Shown one piece after another: positions 1 through 9,632 of a DNA stretch of 64,000 bases. Each line of letters starts with the position of its first letter. The stretch's first letter is position 1. Below the pieces are notes generated by a model. The model did no database searches, had not been told where the DNA came from, and saw nothing but the letters and a program-made list of their open reading frames with translations. The DNA lies in the NCBI GenBank assembly GCA_003599255.1, contig QZJF01000016.1, positions 863 through 64,862 on the forward strand, in the 5' to 3' direction. The position numbers were made by a program, and so were the translations under genes. The DNA is from a candidate division WWE3 bacterium (lineage in GTDB: Bacteria; Patescibacteriota; WWE3; UBA101185; UBA10185).

Positions 1-243
1 TTATCGGGGAACCTCAGCCTGGACGTATACAGGGCCTCAAAGATCGATGAGATCGCCAGCTATGTCTCCGCTATGATCGTCAAGGGCATCAACGCCGAGG
101 TTTCGAAGGAAACTTCTGCTGAAGTCCAAAAGGCCTTCAACGAGATGCTCTCCGAGCTGCGGAAAGATCCGGACTTTGACGCAGATGATGAAGCACGACT
201 CATGTCGCTCAAGGATCTGATCTCCGACATTGCCGCGCTCTAG
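1..243 (+). CDS. 3' end of a GC-rich (approx 55% GC) CDS truncated by the window edge; hypothetical protein
   Basis: Open frame 1 runs from base 1 to TAG at 241-243. Composition is much more GC-rich than the rest of the window. No recognisable motif. Confidence 0.4.
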   Translation, partial: LSGNLSLDVYRASKIDEIASYVSAMIVKGINAEVSKETSAEVQKAFNEMLSELRKDPDFDADDEARLMSLKDLISDIAAL

Positions 244-264
244 TTAGACGCCATCCACCCCCAT

Positions 265-320
265 TGCATAGGAAGGTAAAAATTTTTATTACCTTACCTT
301 CCTATGCATCTCGTTCCTTT
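265..320. terminator. Perfect 15-bp inverted repeat (265-279 / 294-308) with 14-nt loop, followed by T-rich tract; likely bidirectional terminator between convergent genes
   Basis: gcataggaaggtaa ... ttaccttcctatgc read directly, then tctcgttccttttccttt. Sits between the stop of the + strand CDS (243) and the stop of the minus CDS (302). Confidence 0.5.
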
Positions 321-2509
321 TCCTTTAGAAAAAAAATAACTTCATTTAACCATTCCTTGCTGTGTGTCACGAATGTATTGTGTCCTGCGTCTTTGATTAC
401 CACAAAATTCGAATTTTTAATACCCTTGTGCAACTTTTCCCCTTCGTATAACGGGGTCATGGTGTCCTTATCGCCCCAGATTATTAGTGTCTTCGAGTCA
501 ATACTATTCAGATATGCTGTAAGATCCATGTTTACTACTTTATTTAATGTTTTACGCATTAGTGGTGTTGCACGTTTATAATCGGGGGACCCCATGAATT
601 TCACATAAATTTCAAGCAGGCGGTCATACAATTTTTCCGGCAACATAGTCCTAAGAAACTTTTTAATATTTTTAACAGAAAAAGATTTGGATATTTCAGT
701 TTTAACATCTTTTCTGTTTGCTACACCCGCAGCATTTGTAAGTATTAATTTATTTACAAGATCAGGATACTTAGAGGCGATATAAATTGCGAGTCTCCCT
801 CCAAAAGAATGCCCGATAAAATTGTAAGGTTTTCCGATATTCATTTGGCTTAATTTTTGGATCACAAAATCCGCATATTCAGGAATGCCCCAAGCCTCTT
901 TTGGTTCTTCGAGATCAAAACCTGGAAGCTGCATACTTACAGTCGGTAATCCTGCTGTATTAAGTGAGTCTTCAATTAATTTCCACTTCTTGGCCGAGGT
1001 GCCCCAACCGTGAAGCAGCACTGTTGTATTTTTGTTAGTTGTATCCATAACATGTAAAAAATCATCAACCAATTCCGAATGTTTAAATTCTAAATTTCCG
1101 TTAACGACAATATAAACTCTTTCGTTACCCGCTGACAGAGCTTGCATTTTTTTAATTGTCGATCCCTTATCATTTACTGTAATGATTTTTACGTTATCTT
1201 TAAGATGCCCGGCATACTTGACAGCTTTTATTCCCGAAAGTATTACATAATCAAACTTTGAGTTAATAATGTTCCAAGCTTTCTCATCCATTTCTTCTTC
1301 TTCATGAAAGTCAAAGTCGCCAAGTACAAGTATACGTTTGCCCGTCCAATGAAGCTCGTCAATTAATTCAAGTAAATGTTTAGTGTTTGTAGGGGTACCT
1401 TTAGCATAGTTGCTAAATAACTTAATACGTCCGTTTTCTAATATATGCCAGTTCATTCTTCCGGGCATAGGAATAAAATTAGTCAGACTGTCCATTATGG
1501 TCTGCGGATTGATTTTTAGTACATATCCTACCGATACCGCTGCTAAAGCAGTATACAGTCCTGATTTTCCAAGCAAAGATATGTTGCCGCTCACATTTTT
1601 GCCCGAAACGGAAATTTGATATAGGGTTGATATATCGAATTGTTCGAGTACTTTGCCTTTAATATCTCCATCTTTAATACCGAAAGTTACGATTTCTTTT
1701 TTTAACTCGTTACTTAATTTCAACGACTTGGCAAGATTTGGATCGTCTTTATTTAAAATTACCGTACCTTTTTCTTTTTGACATTTGATAATCTCGTTTT
1801 TAGCCTCAATTATACCTTCGACTCCTCCCAGAGTTTTGGAATGCGCTTCTTTAATGTTGAATACAAGCGATATATCAGGAGGAGCAATTCCACAAAGTTT
1901 TTCGATGGCTCCTTTTCTATCGGCAGGCAGTTCTATTACTAAGTAATAAGGTACTCCGGCGGTACTTAATGCTAGGTTAAAGACCATTTCCGGCAAAGTA
2001 ATTGGTGTAGGACGGGTTGTATATAACTTGTTTATATTTAACCCGGAGTTTTGTAAAACGGTATTTATACAATGAACCACAGTGGTTTTACCGGAGGATC
2101 CTGTAACCGCAATAATCTTTGTATTTAAATTTTCCAATAGGGCCTTTGCGGCTATTCCCATAAATTCTATTACGTTAGCCACTTTGAAATACGCGACTTC
2201 AGAATCTATTTTGTCAGGAAACTCCTCACAGACAATAATTTTGGCGCCATTTTTTATGGCATTATCTATAAAAGGTTGTCCATCAAAAAAGTATTTTCCG
2301 GGATTAGGTTTATACATGTACCAATATCTTTCTTCATATTTTTCTATAGGAAGTCTCGTTGCAAAGAAGACTGAGTTCACCACGCATTTTCTGCTGTCGG
2401 AAGTTGCCAACACAGGTCCAATTGTTTCAAGATCTACTGATGTATTTTTAATGTTTGTGCAGTGATCCCTTAGTATCTGCACTAATAGCTTTTTTTGGTT
2501 TAAATTCAT
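302..2509 (-). CDS. Mur ligase family protein (MurF-like, UDP-MurNAc-peptide ligase) fused to a C-terminal alpha/beta-hydrolase domain
   Basis: P-loop IIAVTGSSGKTT typical of MurF (GSSGKT) in the N-terminal ~480 aa. C-terminal ~240 aa has HGWG and GHSFGG nucleophile elbow and is ~50% identical to the standalone hydrolase at 3900-4628. Confidence 0.7.
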   Translation of the reverse strand: MNLNQKKLLVQILRDHCTNIKNTSVDLETIGPVLATSDSRKCVVNSVFFATRLPIEKYEERYWYMYKPNPGKYFFDGQPFIDNAIKNGAKIIVCEEFPDKIDSEVAYFKVANVIEFMGIAAKALLENLNTKIIAVTGSSGKTTVVHCINTVLQNSGLNINKLYTTRPTPITLPEMVFNLALSTAGVPYYLVIELPADRKGAIEKLCGIAPPDISLVFNIKEAHSKTLGGVEGIIEAKNEIIKCQKEKGTVILNKDDPNLAKSLKLSNELKKEIVTFGIKDGDIKGKVLEQFDISTLYQISVSGKNVSGNISLLGKSGLYTALAAVSVGYVLKINPQTIMDSLTNFIPMPGRMNWHILENGRIKLFSNYAKGTPTNTKHLLELIDELHWTGKRILVLGDFDFHEEEEMDEKAWNIINSKFDYVILSGIKAVKYAGHLKDNVKIITVNDKGSTIKKMQALSAGNERVYIVVNGNLEFKHSELVDDFLHVMDTTNKNTTVLLHGWGTSAKKWKLIEDSLNTAGLPTVSMQLPGFDLEEPKEAWGIPEYADFVIQKLSQMNIGKPYNFIGHSFGGRLAIYIASKYPDLVNKLILTNAAGVANRKDVKTEISKSFSVKNIKKFLRTMLPEKLYDRLLEIYVKFMGSPDYKRATPLMRKTLNKVVNMDLTAYLNSIDSKTLIIWGDKDTMTPLYEGEKLHKGIKNSNFVVIKDAGHNTFVTHSKEWLNEVIFFLKEKERDA

Positions 2510-2548
2510 ATGCCTTTAATACTAATGTATTATTAAGATATCGTATTT

Positions 2549-3205
2549 ATGAAAAATCTAAAGATCCTGCAACTCGATCAAGTACCTCATATAGACACTA
2601 TCGTTAGCATATTTGAGATTGTTGTGCTTTTGGCAATATATTTCTACGGACCGAGAACCAACAATGTTACTGAAATGATGTTTTCTATGGGAAGTTATTT
2701 CATATCATTAATTGTGATACTTCTCCTTTTTGTTTTCACTCTTATACAACAAAATCCGTATGGGGCAAACAATTTGAGCGACGCTCCGGAAATGTCGTAC
2801 AAGGCATTTGTGGAAACTTTTAACATCTTTAAGATAAGGTGGTTGGTACTTGGTTTTAGGATGATTGTGTTTGTTGTATTTCCTGTTATGTTTCCTCTGA
2901 TTTTCATCATATTGTATGGGATAGGAAGGGAACCGATATTAATGGGATTGTGGGTTTCGTGGTTTGCGATAAGTGAATTTATTCCTATTGCTTTCATACT
3001 AAAAGTTGCGGCGGATCCAGGAACTACAAGATTACAATTTTTTTTGCTGGCGGTAATTTTGGCAATTCCCGTTTTTTTTGACCGAGGTCTTATTTCTTAT
3101 ATACGCCCAACGGATACTTTACGTTTTGTTTCACTTCTGCCCTATCTGTACATCTGGATAGTGCCCATATTTAATACAGTGGTGAAACGGCCTAAAAATA
3201 TCTGA
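2549..3205 (+). CDS. hypothetical polytopic membrane protein
   Basis: ATG start. Several long hydrophobic segments. Divergently oriented to the MurF-like gene. Confidence 0.45.
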   Translation: MKNLKILQLDQVPHIDTIVSIFEIVVLLAIYFYGPRTNNVTEMMFSMGSYFISLIVILLLFVFTLIQQNPYGANNLSDAPEMSYKAFVETFNIFKIRWLVLGFRMIVFVVFPVMFPLIFIILYGIGREPILMGLWVSWFAISEFIPIAFILKVAADPGTTRLQFFLLAVILAIPVFFDRGLISYIRPTDTLRFVSLLPYLYIWIVPIFNTVVKRPKNI

Positions 3206-3216
3206 GGTTATTAATG

Positions 3217-3714
3217 TTATTCCCTATACGGCGTCAATCTTAAAAGTGTTTTCGCCCCGTCTCTGCTTAATCCGTCCCTAATCACTTTTTTCACCGAATT
3301 TCTCATCTTGCCGAGCGCCTCGCCCGAAGCGGTTTCGGCCGGACCAAACTGAGATGTTAGTTTGTTGTTGTATCCTCTAAGGCTGGATTGATCAAGTTCT
3401 GATAGTTTTCCTGTGGAATCTAATTGAAGCTGAAGTGCTTCGGCTTCAATAGCATACCCCATTGCCTGTTCAAACATAGTGTCAGCATTCATACCGGGGT
3501 TGAGTTCCCCCCAGACAAATTTTCTCTCCGGAGCTGTTCTATCTTTTTGAAGTGCTGCAAGATACTCTTTGTAATGGACAGGTAGACTTTCGATAAATTC
3601 TTGCCTGGGGCTTTTTACGACTTCAACAGGTTTTATCTCTTCTGCAACGGGTAGTCCGGTTAAATCCATTTCTTCGACTTCTGGTTTATATGTTTCTGTC
3701 ATAGTTACTTTCAA
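3217..3714 (-). CDS. hypothetical protein
   Basis: 165-aa ORF with AT-rich codon usage. No recognisable motif. Confidence 0.4.
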   Translation of the reverse strand: MKVTMTETYKPEVEEMDLTGLPVAEEIKPVEVVKSPRQEFIESLPVHYKEYLAALQKDRTAPERKFVWGELNPGMNADTMFEQAMGYAIEAEALQLQLDSTGKLSELDQSSLRGYNNKLTSQFGPAETASGEALGKMRNSVKKVIRDGLSRDGAKTLLRLTPYRE

Positions 3715-3899
3715 AAATTTAGTACATTCATGTATCAGTGATAATTATACAGGATTTACAAGGGTGGAAGATTGTTAATATGAAGAAACGTTCGAACTTT
3801 CTGCCGTATTTTTATAAGTCTTAATAATATGTTATGTTGTAACGAATGTAATCCCTAAGTACACACGTTTAGAACATTTTAAGGAGTTAGTACTATATT

Positions 3900-4628
3900 A
3901 TGAGCAACCAAGAAAGCTCTACCGTAATCCTGTTACATGGTTGGGGAGGCGTTGCTTTTTCGTGGCAGACCATAGAGCAAAGACTTAAGCAAATCGGGTA
4001 TCAATGCCTGAGTATTAGATTCCCCGGATTTGACCTGCCGCAGCCTTCAGAGCCTTGGGGTGTTCCTGAATATGCGGATTTTGTGTTGAACAGGCTTGAA
4101 CACCTTCAGTTAAAGCCTCCGTTCACATTTGTAGGACATTCGTTTGGTGGCCGAATAGCAATATATATTTCAGCTACCCGTCCGGATATGGTGGATAAAC
4201 TGATACTCACTGATTCAGCCGGTGTTGAGAATAGGCGTACACCGAAACTTCTTTTTGTGAGTACACTTTCCAAAGTGTTCAAGAAGCTGGATGGAGTACC
4301 GGTTGTGAATAAAATCAGCAGATCATTGCGTAAAATTATCTGGCGATTCACAGCCTCGCCGGATTACAGCAATGCCACCCCCATGATGCGGGAAATATTG
4401 AAGAAGGTTGTTGCCTTAAATCTTGAGCAATACCTTCCGAGTATTTGTGCTGATACATTAATAATATGGGGAGATCAGGACGAGGTGACCCCTATCAGGG
4501 ATGCAAAGGTTCTTAACCGCGGTATAAAAGGTTCAAGCCTTGTTGTGATTAAGGGTGCCGGTCATCATTCTCATATTTCGCATGTCCACGAATGGATGAA
4601 TTACGTCATTCATTTTCTGCGGAAGTGA
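3900..4628 (+). CDS. alpha/beta-hydrolase fold protein (paralog of the C-terminal domain of the MurF-like fusion)
   Basis: ILLHGWGG, VGHSFGG nucleophile elbow, C-terminal GHH. High similarity to residues ~495-735 of the 302-2509 protein. Confidence 0.8.
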   Translation: MSNQESSTVILLHGWGGVAFSWQTIEQRLKQIGYQCLSIRFPGFDLPQPSEPWGVPEYADFVLNRLEHLQLKPPFTFVGHSFGGRIAIYISATRPDMVDKLILTDSAGVENRRTPKLLFVSTLSKVFKKLDGVPVVNKISRSLRKIIWRFTASPDYSNATPMMREILKKVVALNLEQYLPSICADTLIIWGDQDEVTPIRDAKVLNRGIKGSSLVVIKGAGHHSHISHVHEWMNYVIHFLRK

Positions 4629-4633
4629 TACGC

Positions 4634-4672
4634 ATAGACTCGCCATAAAATTATGACGAGTCTATTTTCTTC
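4634..4672. terminator. rho-independent terminator hairpin (9-bp stem atagactcg/cgagtctat, 14-nt loop) plus T-tract, between convergent genes
   Basis: Read directly at 4634-4642 / 4657-4665, followed by ttttcttctt. Confidence 0.5.
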
Positions 4673-4716
4673 TTAAATTTTCCATGTATAGACGAGAGTC
4701 AAACTGCATTGATTTT

Positions 4717-5262
4717 TTAGTAAGGTACTGATTTTATTTTTAATGTGTATCCGATAAGGTTAGAAATAATATGAATGAAGAAAAACAAAAAAATTACCGT
4801 TAAAACAGCCTGTATCGACACTCCATAGAAGACCATTGCCATAGTCATACTTAATGTTGAATGATCTATTTCATCAAAAGGTATCCACGGTTTATGCGGT
4901 GCTATGTTAAATAGCCTTTTCGCCACACTTTTAAGAACATCGCCTGCTAGGGCGCAAAATGACATTAACAAATACAGTACCGTGTTTTCCGTAAAATCTA
5001 AATTTAGCAGTTGATAATCTTGCAGATGTTTGTCAAACACCAGGTACTTAATAATTCCCGAAGCCATTCCAAAGAGTACCCCAAACAGGAAACCGCCGAC
5101 TGTTTTATGATCCCCAATGATTCTAATCCCATTGATCGATTTACCTAAATCCAAAGGTGTATTAATAGCGTTGAAAAACGGTATAAAGCGACTAATAACA
5201 GCACCCATATTGGCGAATGCGGCAGGCAAGTAGAAATACACGCAAGAAATCAGAAAACCCAT
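4717..5262 (-). CDS. CTP-dependent cytidylyltransferase-like membrane protein (CdsA/CarS-like, DUF46-type); assignment tentative
   Basis: 181 aa with multiple TM segments. Motif GDVLKSVAKR resembles the GDxxxSxxKR of the CTP:phosphatidate cytidylyltransferase family, but the PGHGG motif is absent. Confidence 0.35.
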   Translation of the reverse strand: MGFLISCVYFYLPAAFANMGAVISRFIPFFNAINTPLDLGKSINGIRIIGDHKTVGGFLFGVLFGMASGIIKYLVFDKHLQDYQLLNLDFTENTVLYLLMSFCALAGDVLKSVAKRLFNIAPHKPWIPFDEIDHSTLSMTMAMVFYGVSIQAVLTVIFLFFFIHIISNLIGYTLKIKSVPY

Positions 5263-5266
5263 GACA

Positions 5267-5719
5267 TCATGTTACAGTAATTACTATTAAATAGAGTAGG
5301 TAGCAGAATCTTATAGCTATCAATATGTGTTTTCCTGATTTAATGCTGTAGTAAGAACCTATTATGTTAAACAAATATAAAGAAAAGAATAGGTTCCCCA
5401 CAAAAGTGCCTAAATATGCTACGAACATAAGTCCCTCGGAGATCCTGTCTATCACAACATCAAGCATCCATCCCTCTCTGCTTGTGAGGTTGTATTTTCT
5501 TGCCGCAGCCCCATCCATCCAATCAGATAGCAGTATTAAGGTAATCAAGAAAATGCCCAAAATGGGTTGTGGTTTGAATAGAAAAATAGCTGATAGAAAT
5601 ATAGAAAGAATTTGGTAGAAATTTGGATCCTTAATCGGAAAAATCAACTTACCCTCATACTTATCAAGTATATCCCTGTATATTTTTGCTAATTTACTAC
5701 GTTGAGGTATTTTATCCAT
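5267..5719 (-). CDS. CDP-alcohol phosphatidyltransferase family protein
   Basis: Motif DWMDGAAARK...G...LDVVIDR matches D-x2-DG-x2-AR...G-x3-D-x3-D. Small membrane protein. Overlaps the upstream gene by 31 nt. Confidence 0.7.
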   Translation of the reverse strand: MDKIPQRSKLAKIYRDILDKYEGKLIFPIKDPNFYQILSIFLSAIFLFKPQPILGIFLITLILLSDWMDGAAARKYNLTSREGWMLDVVIDRISEGLMFVAYLGTFVGNLFFSLYLFNIIGSYYSIKSGKHILIAIRFCYLLYLIVITVT

Positions 5720-6171
5720 AATATTGCAAAAATAATTATTACTGTAACATCAAGAAAGATTTTTATAGTTTTCTTTTGGGGTATCAACTGTATTTCGGTT
5801 TTGTCAACGGGGCTAAATGGTAAAGAAATGCCTACAAGCAAATCTTCAATTAAGTGAATCATTGCAGGAAGACCCAGAACTAACGCTAGTTTAGGGTTAA
5901 AGAAAGAAACAGCAAGCATTACCACACCTATTATCAAGAAACCCAAAAGTTCGTGTATAGGGCTTCTTGCCTTGTGTAAATGTCCACTAAACCCAACTTT
6001 CTTAAAGATTTTTCTATCCCGTATTAAAAAAAATAAATGATCAAGGTCTAAAATACCCGCAGAAATAAGCGATGTGGCTATATAGTCAAGTTCGTTAGGG
6101 GCCACATTTGCGACTTTAAGTGTAATGTAGGATGCCGAGACGATATGTGCGACAGTGGTCATGCTTTTCAT
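5689..6171 (-). CDS. hypothetical membrane protein
   Basis: 160 aa with 3-4 hydrophobic segments. First gene of a same-strand lipid-enzyme trio. Confidence 0.4.
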   Translation of the reverse strand: MKSMTTVAHIVSASYITLKVANVAPNELDYIATSLISAGILDLDHLFFLIRDRKIFKKVGFSGHLHKARSPIHELLGFLIIGVVMLAVSFFNPKLALVLGLPAMIHLIEDLLVGISLPFSPVDKTEIQLIPQKKTIKIFLDVTVIIIFAILWIKYLNVVN

Positions 6172-6233
6172 TATCGCATCTGTATCTTAAGAATAACAGC
6201 GTTGGGAGTTATGGTGAGGTTGTATGCAAATTA

Positions 6234-8087
6234 TTACAGCTCCCACGTCACCGGCAGCTTGCCGGTAAAGGGATAATCTCCGAACAAAACATCAGCCACA
6301 CCCTGGCCTTCACTTCCGGGCAGCCACGCTGCCACAACGGCGTTCCAATCATTGTGGAGTCCTTTTATATCAAGAGGTCTGCCGGATACTATTATCACCA
6401 CCAGCTTCTCAGATCGTGCCTTTGTCTTCTCGATAACCTCAAGGTCGTCTTTACTTAACGCCGGATGTGCTAGGTCTCCCCATCCCTCGGCATAAGGTTT
6501 TTCTCCAACAACGACAATACCTATATCCGCCCTTTTGCCGCTTGCTGAAAAATTTCCGGCTTCGTTGTATTCGATATCAGTACTATCCGAGACTGCGGCT
6601 TTAATTCCGGCTAAGATTGTTGTTCCCGGAATCCAATTTCCGTCTATACCCTGCCACTCAACCGTCCACGCCCCGGACTGCCTGCCGATATTATCCGCAG
6701 CTGATCCGGCTACAACAATACGGTCTACCGATTTTGATAATGGTAGTGTTTCGCCCGTATTCTTAAGAAGCACGAGTGACTTGCGAACCGCTTCCCGCGC
6801 TATATCCCGGTTAGCTTGAGAGCCTAGGACAGATAAGTCCGGATTATTAGATACATCGCGGTCAAAGAGTCCTAACTCAAATTTGACTAAAAGTATTCTT
6901 CGTGTCGCGTCATTGAGCCGTTCTTCACTAATATCTCCGGATTGCACTGCTTTTTCCATATAGTACATAAAAGATTTGTAATCGAAGGGAAGCATAATCA
7001 TATCTACACCGGCATTGACCGCGGTAACCAACGATTTATATTTGCTAATTGAAATTTCATATACACCATACCAGTCGCTTACCACAAAACCCTGAAAGTT
7101 TAATTCCTTTTTTAAAACGTCAGTCAATAGATAGCTGTTTGCCGCCATTTTTTTGTCTTCCCAGGTATTTAAACCTGCCATAACGCTTTTGGCACCTCCC
7201 TCAATTGCAGCTTTAAAAGGCGGAAGGTGAGTGCTTATCAAAGTATCCTCATCCAGTCTTGTTACACCTTGGTCTATGGCAAAGTTTATGTTTTTAGAGC
7301 TTCCCCATTCCATAGATCCGTTGCCGAGGTAATGTTTAGCGGTGGATAATACACTAAGACCTTCTACATATGCTTTTCCTAATTCCGCAACCGTATTAGG
7401 ATCAGATCCAAACGTTTCATACGTGCGACCCCATCGGATATCAGAAACCACATCTAAGTTTGGTGAAAAACTCCAATAAATATTTGTAGCCAGCATTTCT
7501 TCACTTGTTGCCTGAGCCGTTCGACGGACAAGGTCCGGATCGCTTGTTGCGCCAAGGCCGATAAAATGGGGGAAAATAGTTGCACCGGGAACGTTGCTGT
7601 GCCCGTGATTAGTGTCAACCCCATACAGTATTGGAATTCCAAGGCGGCTATATCGTGCCGATGACTCAAATCCGTTAACCATGTCCAACCATCCTTGGGG
7701 AGTATTAGGTTCAGGCTTTCCGCCAAACCCGCTCATCACTCCTCCCAGTCCATATCGGGAAACGTCAAGTGGATCATGAATGCTGTTTTTTTCCACCAAA
7801 GCCATCTGGCCGATCTTCTCGTCGGTAGTCATTCTGTTTAGTAAATCATCGACTCTTTGGTCAATAGGCAGGGACTTGTCTAGATACGGATAGTTGCTTT
7901 TTCTAAACTCATCTTGTGCGTAGATCTCAAAACCGGGGTGTTGCGGGGAAGGGAGTTGTTTATAGAGAAATATTATGCCTCCTATTCCGATACCAACAGC
8001 GATAAGTATAGTAAGGATGAAAATTTTACTTTTTGAAAGTTGTAGAAATCGCATAAATGTTGAGTGCATGCAGTTTAATTTTAGCAT
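6234..8087 (-). CDS. glycoside hydrolase family 3 (beta-glucosidase/beta-N-acetylhexosaminidase-like) with N-terminal signal anchor
   Basis: GFQGFVVSDW motif, two-domain GH3 length, N-terminal hydrophobic segment. ORF track starts at a TTG (8099); the first ATG is at 8087, with alternatives at 8069 and 8054. Confidence 0.75.
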   Translation of the reverse strand: MLKLNCMHSTFMRFLQLSKSKIFILTILIAVGIGIGGIIFLYKQLPSPQHPGFEIYAQDEFRKSNYPYLDKSLPIDQRVDDLLNRMTTDEKIGQMALVEKNSIHDPLDVSRYGLGGVMSGFGGKPEPNTPQGWLDMVNGFESSARYSRLGIPILYGVDTNHGHSNVPGATIFPHFIGLGATSDPDLVRRTAQATSEEMLATNIYWSFSPNLDVVSDIRWGRTYETFGSDPNTVAELGKAYVEGLSVLSTAKHYLGNGSMEWGSSKNINFAIDQGVTRLDEDTLISTHLPPFKAAIEGGAKSVMAGLNTWEDKKMAANSYLLTDVLKKELNFQGFVVSDWYGVYEISISKYKSLVTAVNAGVDMIMLPFDYKSFMYYMEKAVQSGDISEERLNDATRRILLVKFELGLFDRDVSNNPDLSVLGSQANRDIAREAVRKSLVLLKNTGETLPLSKSVDRIVVAGSAADNIGRQSGAWTVEWQGIDGNWIPGTTILAGIKAAVSDSTDIEYNEAGNFSASGKRADIGIVVVGEKPYAEGWGDLAHPALSKDDLEVIEKTKARSEKLVVIIVSGRPLDIKGLHNDWNAVVAAWLPGSEGQGVADVLFGDYPFTGKLPVTWEL

Positions 8088-8157
8088 GGGGTGGGGCAAG
8101 TTGGTCTTGTTTGGCTCTGCGGAGGGTACGATTTCAGAACTATGTTAAACTTTACTT

Positions 8158-9201
8158 ATGCTTTCCACGAAGGCTAACGAAAACCCCAACTCACAAGATG
8201 AAATAAATGAAAAAGTGGCCCCGGAGGGGGATGACGAAAAACAAAAACCTGATGAAGAATTGGGTTCGGGTACCGGAGAAGTCGTCAATAAGAATGAAGA
8301 AGAGGAAAAAAATAAGCTGGAGGAACTTAGAAAGGCCTGGTTTAATTCCAGTTTGCGCTCCACTTTGGCAACCGTTGGTGCAGGAGGTGCCTTTGTCGCC
8401 CGCGAGGCTTTGTCCAGTTATGCATCTGTAATTTCAAATCGTGAATATTGGGCTAGATATTATTATTTTGCACAAGATATATTTCAGAAGGGATTGCCTG
8501 CCACTTCTATAGAGGTTCAAAACCTGCTTCAGAATGCAAATACGGGTGAAGTGGCATTATTGGTAACAGGTGTAGCTTTAGCAGGATACGCTGTGTACGA
8601 AACTTACAAATCGTACAAGGCTGAAAAGGAATTCAAAAAGGAAAAACTGGTTCAACTGCATGAATTTTCAGATACTGCAGAAATGACTACTGAAGAGCTT
8701 GAGATGGTACAAGCAAAAGAAGATTGGTACGGCAATAGAATTAAGGCTGTCGTTGCCGCGGGATCCTCAGGTGTTGCTCTCATAGCAAAAAAATATCTTT
8801 CAGAAATTGCCCACAGCACTTGGTGGCAAGCAGAAAAGCAAGCAAGACTATTAGATGACTTAAGATACCACGACAAAGAACTTCCCGCAGAGGTTATTCA
8901 AAAATTTTATGCACTTTGTGAAAAAGTACAATATGCGGAAACCGGTGCTGCTGCAGCATTAGCTGCCGCAGTAGCGTTGGCAGGCTATTCTGCTTATAGT
9001 GCTTATAGGGCATTTAAAGCAAAAGAGGAGCTTAACCCCAAACCGGAACAGGAACCAGAACCTGAACCGAAACCGGAAACGAAACCAAAATCTGAACCAA
9101 AATCGGAACTTGTAGCACTAAGTTGTCCCGCTTGCGGCGCACCAGTGTCGTCTGCTGATAGCGTATGCCCTTATTGCCAGTCTGGTCTTGAAAGAAAGTA
9201 A
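8158..9201 (+). CDS. hypothetical Ala-rich protein with Pro/Glu/Lys linker and C-terminal CxxC...CxxC zinc ribbon
   Basis: ATG start. PEPEPKPETKPKSEPKSE repeat linker. C-terminal CPACGAPVSSADSVCPYC. Confidence 0.5.
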   Translation: MLSTKANENPNSQDEINEKVAPEGDDEKQKPDEELGSGTGEVVNKNEEEEKNKLEELRKAWFNSSLRSTLATVGAGGAFVAREALSSYASVISNREYWARYYYFAQDIFQKGLPATSIEVQNLLQNANTGEVALLVTGVALAGYAVYETYKSYKAEKEFKKEKLVQLHEFSDTAEMTTEELEMVQAKEDWYGNRIKAVVAAGSSGVALIAKKYLSEIAHSTWWQAEKQARLLDDLRYHDKELPAEVIQKFYALCEKVQYAETGAAAALAAAVALAGYSAYSAYRAFKAKEELNPKPEQEPEPEPKPETKPKSEPKSELVALSCPACGAPVSSADSVCPYCQSGLERK

Positions 9202-9224
9202 AAGTTTTTTTGAAAGGATTATTT

Positions 9225-9632
9225 ATGAAAGATAATAGATTGCTACCTACTCTTACCGAGTTGTTAAAGGAGATTGATCCAAAAGATGCAATGGATCGTG
9301 CTGAAGTAGGTATGAATATAGCTACACTCTCATTAGTAAAAGCTATACAAATTACCTCCGAGGAACTAACAGAAGAACAAAGAAAGGTAGTAGAAGGTAT
9401 ATTGAACAAAACGGAAAACAAAACGGATAGTACAAAGGAAATAATTGAATATCTGGATAGTATCTCAAAAAAGGATATATACCTTAAGAATCTGGCTGAA
9501 GCCACGAATTATTGGACCATTGATTTTATGCTCATGCTATATAAAAAAGTTGCTAAAGAGAAAAAAGAGCTGATTGATGTCTTATGGCCTAAACTAGGTG
9601 ATATAGCTGACGGTAAGCTTGATTATTTCTAA
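9225..9632 (+). CDS. hypothetical protein
   Basis: ORF track begins at a TTG (9210). The first ATG is at 9225 with an aaagga SD-like sequence upstream. Confidence 0.4.
   Translation: MKDNRLLPTLTELLKEIDPKDAMDRAEVGMNIATLSLVKAIQITSEELTEEQRKVVEGILNKTENKTDSTKEIIEYLDSISKKDIYLKNLAEATNYWTIDFMLMLYKKVAKEKKELIDVLWPKLGDIADGKLDYF

Noticed and set aside
264-581. Plus-strand ORF overlapping the inverted-repeat terminator and the MurF-like gene
   Set aside because: Antisense to a well-supported CDS and begins inside a terminator hairpin.
1410-2465. Plus-strand ORFs 1410-1619 and 2082-2465 inside the MurF-like gene
   Set aside because: Antisense shadow ORFs of a long conserved CDS.
9032-9090. Tandem short repeats (ccaaaaccggaa / gaacc units) that might look like a microsatellite or CRISPR-like array
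   Set aside because: They are in-frame codon repeats encoding a PEPK linker inside the 8158-9201 gene. Not a CRISPR or mobile repeat.
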